DNA of 64,000 nucleotides from Eledone cirrhosa (Eukaryota): positions 7,874,001 through 7,938,000 of the forward strand of contig OZ024747.1 of the NCBI GenBank assembly GCA_964016885.1, given 5' to 3'. Shown one piece after another: positions 56,175 to 64,000 of the stretch; within the stretch, counting starts at the first letter, position 1, and each line of letters starts with the position of its first letter. Below the pieces are notes generated by a model. That model worked only from the letters and a program-made list of their open reading frames with translations, searched no databases and was not told the origin of the DNA. A program made the position numbers and the translations under genes.

Positions 56175-56505
56175 TAATAATAACCCAGTTAAAATCATTT
56201 CTTTCAAGTTCTCTCTCTAGTCTTTTGGTAAATGAGGAAATATAAAAATATTCCGCACAATACCATAATAAGACACTCACCAGAATTGGTTTTAAAGGAA
56301 AAAAAAAATCATATAACACTCTGCCTATGAGCTCTAACCATAATAAATGTAGGCACATTAGCTGTTACCCCCAACATTTAACACAATAGTCTCTACCACA
56401 GTAGCTAGATGCTACACAAATACTATCCTGTCATCAATAGAAACACAATTAGGCTCTCTTATTCGATCACAACTAACCTTCCAAGGAATATAGCTAACAT
56501 TAACA
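56175..56505 (+). mobile_element. Degenerate Penelope-like (Neptune-type) ORF fragment
   Basis: IITQLKSFLSSSLSSLLVNEEI*KYSAQYHNKTLTRIGFK and LHKYYPVINRNTIRLSYSITTNL..IANIN resemble the PLE thumb/linker (..FNRNTVKLSYS..PN..II..HN). Confidence 0.65.
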
Positions 56506-56664
56506 TATATGATTACACACACACACATGTATATGTGTGTGTGAATATATATATATATATATACATATACACATATACGCACACACACACATATACATAT
56601 ATTTACATAAATATATGTGTGAGAGTGAATATATATATCTATGTCTATTTTATTTCTCCTTCTT

Positions 56665-56700
56665 TCTTCTGATGAAGAACTAGCGTCCGAAACGTTAAGA
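56665..56700 (+). ncRNA. Minimal hammerhead motif heading a PLE-terminal-like repeat (to about 56786)
   Basis: TCTT-CTGATGA-AGAAC-TAGC-GTCC-GAAA-CGTT-AAGA; relatives at 47765-47867 (-), 50085-50165 (-) and 47090-47200 (+). Confidence 0.65.
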
Positions 56701-56789
56701 CACTCTTCCTGCTATATCAAGCGTTAACCTAATATATACTTCCATATACTGTATATGTGTGTGTTGTTATTTCTGTTTACCTTTTACAT

Positions 56790-56848
<59 letters not shown>

Positions 56849-57296
56849 CACACAATATATTTACCTTTGCTCAATCTTTCCATCTACTAAAGCTATCAAG
56901 CTTTTTTCTACAAAATGAGAAATATCTGCTAAAAATATTTGAAGGCCTAATGTTTGGGAATATACTAAATTTTTTATAATTTTGGTGGATTTCTTTTGTA
57001 GATTTAGATCATAGTTTCAATTGGAATCTGTGACAGCAAGTAGCCCTCTTTTATTTACTATTTGCTTTACGGTAGTTGAAACTGTAGACAACATTGAAAC
57101 GTGGCAGCTCCATAATGGTTCTCAACTCCCAGTTGGGCACAATGTCATTCATTGCCTTGTTCTTCAATTAACTGTATTCAAATACGATATAACATGGAAG
57201 CAGTTTATAAACAAATTATATCTTCTTCAATACACTGTAATGGCCGTATCTCTGAGGAATATGAATGAGAACTGATTATTTCTATCAGTGGAAACA

Positions 57297-57335
57297 TTAG
57301 GAAATAAAGATGGTTTTACTGTTTCGTTTTGTCTC
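57297..57335 (-). CDS. Probable last coding segment of the kinase gene (ETKRNSKTIFIS*); exon may extend to 56865
   Basis: Acceptor TTTATGATTCATCAG|G; phase 0 matches the upstream exon; donor AAG|GTAAAT at 56864. Confidence 0.45.
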   Translation of the reverse strand, partial: ETKRNSKTIFIS

Positions 57336-57911
57336 CTGATGAATCATAAATATTTTCGAGTAATTATAGACCCCAAGCAATAAAAATAAATTACCAAACA
57401 GCACACAACTTTAATGAATATCTCATTTTAAAAATGTCTACAACAAAAGGAAATAAAGATATATCATTAAAGCACACTTTTCCTACTCACTGTTATTGAG
57501 AATTAGTGATAATTCTTACCCCACTAGCAGTTCTGAATTACTCACCATATTAATAATAATAATACTAGACAGAAATATTCTAAACTATTAAATTATACAT
57601 CATTAATGTTTGAAATGTCTTGCTTTTTTCCAGAGAATGTGTATTAAATATATATATTTTCAATACATTGCAACAACCAAAAACTATTCTGTTTATCAGT
57701 TCAATATTTGCAAAATAACACAAATTTAATCAATAATAATTTTATTATTATATGACAAGACAAATTTCACTAGCATTTTTATTTTTATTTTGTCATTTTC
57801 TTCCAAAATATTTCCAGCTTTTCTAAGCATATTAAAAATGGAATAAAAAGTAAATAACAAATGAATATATTATTATTATTATTATTATTGTTATTGTTAT
57901 TGTTATTTTTG

Positions 57912-57965
<54 letters not shown>

Positions 57966-58029
57966 GTAAAATAGAGATGGTGTCTTGATAAAAACATTCG
58001 TAGTGGAAGATCTTGATAAAAACCAATCT

Positions 58030-59330
58030 AATCATGAGTGAAAATGTTAGAAACCAATAATATAGGAACCCTCAAAACTGGTCGTAGAAGCGTCAAAGAA
58101 GGGTCCTTGGGAGCCTGTGGAGCTAAAACACCCAGGGACAGCAGGCATGTAATGCAAGGGTAGGTCTCTTACTACAAACAAGATTTCTAGTTTAGGAGAA
58201 AGAATAAAATGAAGAAAAGCACTTCAAAAGATAGTTATGATGTGTTATTACATAACCTAGCCAAAGCAGAGTTTAGCTAAAGGATGTTAAATACTTGGAA
58301 AAGACTGAAGTAAAGAAATTGGCTGGGCAGATGATTGCCTTGTAAATAATAGATACTTATTGAAGCAAGAACTGCTAGAGATAAGGAAGGATGTAATAGG
58401 TAATTACCAAGCAATGACACTGGCAGAGAATGATAAAATAGAAAGGCTGGAGAAACTATTTAGAACTTCTTGGACAAAGGAACTCAACAAGATGGTAATG
58501 AAATGTTACTTCAAAAGCAAAACACATGAGAAAGGTTACAGGAAAAAACTGGTAGATATCTAGTATGAAATAGGTGTGTTTGAAATGACAGAACAGAAAC
58601 TCTCAGGACAAGCAAGATCTATAAATCAGAATAACTACCTGTTGTAACTAGAATTAGAAGAATGAGATGGGATATAGAAAATCAAACAAGTGACACTGAA
58701 ATGATTGTCCGTAAAGTTAATGAGATAGAATGGTCCGAAGGATAATGAGATTTAGTGATTGGATAAGATAATAGACCAACCAAAAAAGAACAATAATGAG
58801 AAGAACATTTGATAGGAAGAAGTTAAAACAAAAAGCAAAACATCTGATGCTGTTACACAATATGTACCAGTAACTTCTTTATTAAAGGTAAATAACCTTT
58901 ATAAAGCAGTTGCAGAAGTAGTAACCAAAGAAATTGGCTACAAGACAGGAAAACTGAGAACAGACAGACAAATACCTTAGTGGAAAAGACGAATAGGAAA
59001 CAGCAAAAAAAAGCTTGAGATGAGAGGTGAGCCAACTACAGCTTCTAGAGGAAAGTACACTAAGAAAAGAAGGAATCACCTAAAATACTAAAGAGAAAGT
59101 ATAGTGTAAAAAAGAGAGGAGTGAATGTTATAACGGAAGAGCTGAAGCAAAATGTGACAGCAAAGAAAGCAAAGATAAAATGATACAAGAGAAGAGTAGT
59201 TCCAGCAGAACAGGCTGTTCCAGAATAATCAGAAGAGATTGTTTGAGAAACTGGAGGGAGTAGAATGACATAGCAATGAAGTAGCAGATATAGAAAGTTA
59301 GCCACATTGAGGAGGTGGATTATTATTATT
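58030..59330 (+). mobile_element. Degenerate R4/Dong-like (restriction-like endonuclease) non-LTR element, N-terminal region
   Basis: RTSWTKELNKMVMKCYFKSK..KGYRKKLVDI..EMTEQKLSGQARSI; WKRRI; EELKQ..AKKAKI..FQQNRLFQNNQKRLF. Confidence 0.7.
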
Positions 59331-59344
59331 ATTATTATTGTAAA

Positions 59345-59605
59345 TTGGCAGTATTGATAGTGTGTCGGACACCATGCATAGCGGCATAGAGTTGCGGCCC
59401 TTTGCGTTCTGAGTTCAAATCCCGCTGAGATTAGCTTTGCTTTTCATCCTTATGGGGTTAATAAAATAAAGTACCAGTAATGCACTGGTCTTGTGCCTAT
59501 AGTATAAATCAAGAAATTATTATTATTATTATTCTAATAGTAGAAATCATTATTATTATTATACACTGGGTAATTGCTGGCCTTGTGCCTAACGTAGAAA
59601 CAATT
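59345..59605 (+). mobile_element. Family A SINE with duplicated tail, in (TTA)n
   Basis: Head and core match family A. Confidence 0.8.
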
Positions 59606-59949
59606 ATTAGATATTAACTCCTATATTCTTCAGAAATATTCCCAATATTTAAGAGGTGAGCTAAAATTTAACAAGAATATGAAATGGCAATAAAATTCTA
59701 TTTCTATTTCTAACAGAAATTCAGAAATGTTTAATTACAGTAATTTATTGTCTAAAGTTTTACTATAAGTATAACAAGCTATAGAATTACTGAACTGAAG
59801 ACAGAGATATACCCTGCAGTATAAATCTACACTCTTCACTCCTTAATGGATTTTAAAATATTTCTCAACCTATTTGTACAATAAAAATATTTTAAAACCT
59901 TATTTCAATATCAATTTTATCTAACACGGTGGTTGTGCTGGTATCACGT

Positions 59950-60370
59950 TAAAATGAGCTCAGTACATTCTGTAATGTGGTAGTGCTAGTGCCATTATAA
60001 AATGTATCCAGTACTCTGTTTAAAATAGTAGTGCTGGTGCCATGATAAAATACACCCTGTTTACTCTGTAAAGTGGTGAAACTGGTGTTATAAAATACAT
60101 CTAATACTTTCTTTAATGTGGTGGTGCTGGTGCCATGATAAAATACACCCAATACACTCTGCAAAAATATGCTGCTGGCATCATAATAAAATACTCTCAG
60201 TGTACTTTGTAAATTAGTAGTTCTGGTGCTATGAAAAAATGCACCCAACCCACTTGTAAGGTGGTTGGTGTTAGCCACAGAAACCATGTCAAAAAGGGAG
60301 CATATGAGCAAGACATGGTCATTTGACCAGTCAGTTCTCAAAACATTACAACCCATCCAACCCTATGGAA
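59950..60370 (+). repeat. Degenerate array of about 45-48 bp units plus RTE-type tail
   Basis: Repeated GTGCTGGTGCCATGATAAAATACACCC...CTGTAA. Confidence 0.7.
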
Positions 60371-61032
60371 TGTATGTACACGAGATGCAGCCCCCAGCTA
60401 TGTTTCAGTAGCTCTGATTAAGTACTGACTTGGTCTATGACGACCTATACAACCCTTTCTAGAAGGGAAAATGAAATGTCAAAGGAGGATGATGATTATG
60501 ATGATGGCAATGAACTTGGTGTTTGAAACAAAATTTAAACAAAAAAGTTTTTACATAAAATTTCAGATGAAGAATTTAAATTTGAATAAACACTTAAATA
60601 ATTTGCAGTTTTTGTATCACATGATCAGAGGTAGTTTCCGGAAAGTTGGTATCAAAAGGGTTAAGGCTAAGCTCCATCTGATCCACGTTTACACTATATT
60701 TCTGTCAAAGCTACACTCCATTTTAACTAATGTTTAGATAGACTTTAACCTGTAGCTAAAACTCCAACTTAAGCCAAGATTTTTATTGATTGTAATTGAG
60801 AGCAGCATTAGATTCTGACAAAAGTGTCTGAGCAGCATTAGATTCTGACAAAAGTGTCTGCTGACAGTTTAAATGTTATACTAGAATTAAGAGAGTAAAA
60901 TCACAGCTTCAACACCAAATAATTTCTTTAAAAAAAATACATTTTTATTGAAAGTGAAATCACACAACTATTTATGCCAAGAAAAATCTAGAATATTCTT
61001 TCTTCTAAAACTAAGAGACCAAAACTACATAC

Positions 61033-61183
61033 CCGGGATCTCTTCATAGGGGCTGGTATCCTTTTTATGGAAGCTGTGCCCAGTGCTCTTAGGGGTAGAA
61101 ACAGTTTTGGGATAATAGTCCTGTGTTGATATAAATTTCTTTTCACTTCTTCCAGATGTTGCACCAACTTCTTGAATGCAGGC
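61033..61183 (-). CDS. Internal exon of a protein kinase (TK/TKL-like), end of subdomain XI plus tail
   Basis: Acceptor TTTCTTTTCCTGCCAAG|G and donor CGG|GTATGT; open frame (R)PAFKKLVQHLEEVKRNLYQHRTIIPKLFLPLRALGTASIKRIPAPMKRSR fits the RPxFxxLVxxLE kinase motif. Confidence 0.65.
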
Positions 61184-62049
61184 CTTGGCAGGAAAAGAAA
61201 ATTGGTAAGAAAATTTATTTCAGATGATATCTTTTAAGATAGATATTCCAATAAATATCATCCATGGGATGCCATTGTTTTAGGCAGGGGAAACATTACA
61301 CCACACTGCTAACATTGGAATCTCAAATTCAGAATAATGCATGAAAAGCACTGAATCTAGAATTTTCTAATTTGCACAAAGTACGGAACAAAATTCTACA
61401 CCAGCTGTCTACCCACTCTGCCTATGCTACTGCAATCACAGTGGCCTCTGCTCCTCAGAACTGGCTGATCTTATTTCACCTCTACTCAGGTACTCCCAAC
61501 TTAATCCTTTATCCTTTTGTCACCCATATTGTGTTCAATCTCCCAGGTCCCACTTTAATCACTGGAGTGTTTGCCCTCTTGGAATTCCAGCCTGTATTTG
61601 TTTTCCTGAAGCTATCAACTTCCAACAGTTCAAGAGGAACATTTACTGTCCCACTCTCATTGGTCTCCTCAGAGAACCTGTTAAAGCCCCAGGCAAAACC
61701 TTTTCCTCCAAGCCAAAATTAAAATTATCCCCACCTCTGATATTTACAGAAACTACCAATGTTGAAAGTTAAAAAGTGTAACCCCTAGCTGGTAGAGAAA
61801 TAGAGGAGTTCGTGAAACCCATCCAACTAAAGTGTAAAAGTCCAATAAGACATCTTCTGAAGTGGCTCCAGCTACCTATGAAAAGACTTATATTTAAATC
61901 AGTGAAATTCAACAAAGATATTTATTACATTCTTATCATTTCTCAGATTATTTGCTTATTAACAGGTTTTTTAAACTCTTAACTCACAACATTCTGTAAT
62001 GATTTAGCATAAAATAACTAAAAACAAGCCTGTTAATTCAAATGTTTAT

Positions 62050-62266
62050 CCCTTTAACATTTAAACTGGCCGTATCCGGCTCTCTCACCCCTTTCTGTTC
62101 AAACTGGCTGCAACTGGCCACTCACACCTACATTAAGGTATTGTTCTCAAAATAAATAACATCAAAATCTCGTAGATTCGATATTATGTGGGATAATTAT
62201 ATAAGATAAAGCCTTTACCGTGAAAATACAATAGTAAATATAGAGTAATGTAAATGGTAAAGGGTT
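62050..62266. mobile_element. piggyBac-like MITE
   Basis: Matches 52068-52244. Confidence 0.75.
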
Positions 62267-62664
62267 ATAGTATATTTACTGAAAGATAGGTCATTGTGAA
62301 AATTTGCAATAACATATTTTAAAATCCTTTAAAGATGTAGCAGAAAACATCTAAAAATAGGTTTGTTAATCCAAATGTTTATAGTATCTTTACCAGTAAA
62401 CAGATCATTATGAAAATTTGCAGTATTATCATCTCTTAACACCTCATAATAATTTAGTAGAACATCTCTTAAAATCCTGTGAGGATTTAACAGAAGATAT
62501 CTAAAAACATGTTTGTTAATTCAAATGTTTGTAATATCTTTACTAGTAGACAGATCATTGTGAAAAATTGCAGTATCAACAGGCTTTTTAACTCTTAACA
62601 TCCTGTAATAATTTCTATCTCTAGACATTTATATTTGAATAATTTCTCTATTTCTTTAATGATG

Positions 62665-62715
<51 letters not shown>

Positions 62716-62717
<2 letters not shown>

Positions 62718-62885
62718 TGTTTCTACGTTAGGCACGAGGCCAGCAATTACCCAGTGCATTACTGGTACTTTATTTTATCGACCCCGTAAGGATGAAAGGC
62801 AAAGTTAACCTTGGCGGGATTTGAACTCAGAATGGCAAGGCTCGTAACTCCATACGTCAAAGCATGGCGTCCGACCCTCTACCAA
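62716..62885 (-). mobile_element. Family A SINE in (AAT)n
   Basis: Reverse-complement core. Confidence 0.85.
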
Positions 62886-62900
62886 TAATAATAATAATTA

Positions 62901-63320
62901 GGCCTGACCTGGTGGTTTTGGACAAGGAAAAATGATCGTGCCTGATTGTAGATGTAGTCTACCCATTTGACACGAGAGTGCAAGAAAAGGAGAGGGAGAA
63001 AATTAACCGATACCAGGATTTAGAGTGGGAGGAAAAAATGATTTGGAACTGTCATGAAGTCAAGGTCGTCCCGATTGTCATAGGAGCACTAGGTACTATC
63101 TCAAAGAGTTTCCAGGGATGGTTAAAGAAGATTAGTCCAGCCCCACTTTTTGGAACACTTCAAAAGGCATGCTTGCTGGAAACAGCAAGAACCCTCCGAT
63201 ACATCCTGAATATCTGAGGGTGCAGGTAGCGGCTTGATATTCATTTCAACAAACTTTTCAGTTAAATAACATCAATGACTGAGACTCAAAGAACAATAAT
63301 AATAATAATGATAACAATAA
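62901..63320 (+). mobile_element. R4/Dong-like non-LTR 3' end (restriction-like endonuclease)
   Basis: RPDLVVLDKEK*SCLIVDVVYPFD..EKINRYQDL...VVPIVIGALGTI...LQKACLLETARTLRYILNI*; flanked by (AAT)n. Confidence 0.85.
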
Positions 63321-63833
63321 TAATATTTTTAAATTTCAGAATATTTTTTTAAAGTTTAGAATATTTCTGTAAAATTAGATTACTGAGCGATAGCCAAACA
63401 TCAAGAATCTTTGGCTGGGAAATGGTAATTTGATATCTCTCTCTCTCTCTCACACACACAGTGTTGACAAGATGATCAGTGGTAAAGCAGCAGCAGTAGC
63501 AATCTATAACTATCTACCTATGTATCTATCTATGTTCAGACAATTAAAACAACTTTTATCTATCTGTTTATCTGTCTATCTATCACTCTACCTGTCTGTT
63601 TGTCAGTCAGTTCGTCTGCCTGCTTCTCTGTCTTTATCTATCTACCTACCTATCTATCTATCTATTTAACTGTCTATATACCTAACTGTATATTTGTTTA
63701 GCTATCTGTCTCTTTGTCTATTGACTGTCTATCTATAGCTATCTATTTATGTATTTTAACCAACATATCTATCTTTTTTTTTTTACAAGAACGACAATAA
63801 CAACAACAGAGCACAAATCCCGATAGCAATCGA

Positions 63834-63874
<41 letters not shown>

Positions 63875-64000
63875 TTAATAGACAGATAGGTAGAACAAAG
63901 TCATCATAATTTAGTGTATATATGTTTGATAAGGATTAAAGAAAATACGGGAGAAAATTATTGTAACTGATGTAAATGAATATAAAATGAAATATGGTGG

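Overview
AT-rich eukaryotic DNA saturated with microsatellites. The SINE, RTE and CR1 repertoire resembles octopod cephalopod genomes (inference from recalled repeat sequences, not a database hit). Genes: a small, rearranged histone cluster (intact H2B, frameshifted and stop-disrupted H2A pseudogene, intact H4, no H3 or H1, two orphan histone stem-loops), and the 3' end of a minus-strand protein kinase gene followed by several candidate non-coding exons. Most of the rest is repeats: tRNA-derived SINEs, fragments of RTE, CR1, R4/Dong-like and Penelope-like retroelements, Merlin, Tc1/mariner, pogo and piggyBac-like DNA elements, and two LINE-derived minisatellites. The most notable signal is many short non-coding islands inside (TA)n tracts carrying minimal type I hammerhead ribozyme folds (CUGANGA...GAAA) from at least six unrelated sequence families. 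They often form fold-back palindromes and share a GTATTGAGTAC-like motif, consistent with a Penelope-like or retrozyme-like system associated with (TA)n. Most ORFs in the supplied track are microsatellite artefacts. All RNA folds and splice sites were read by eye.
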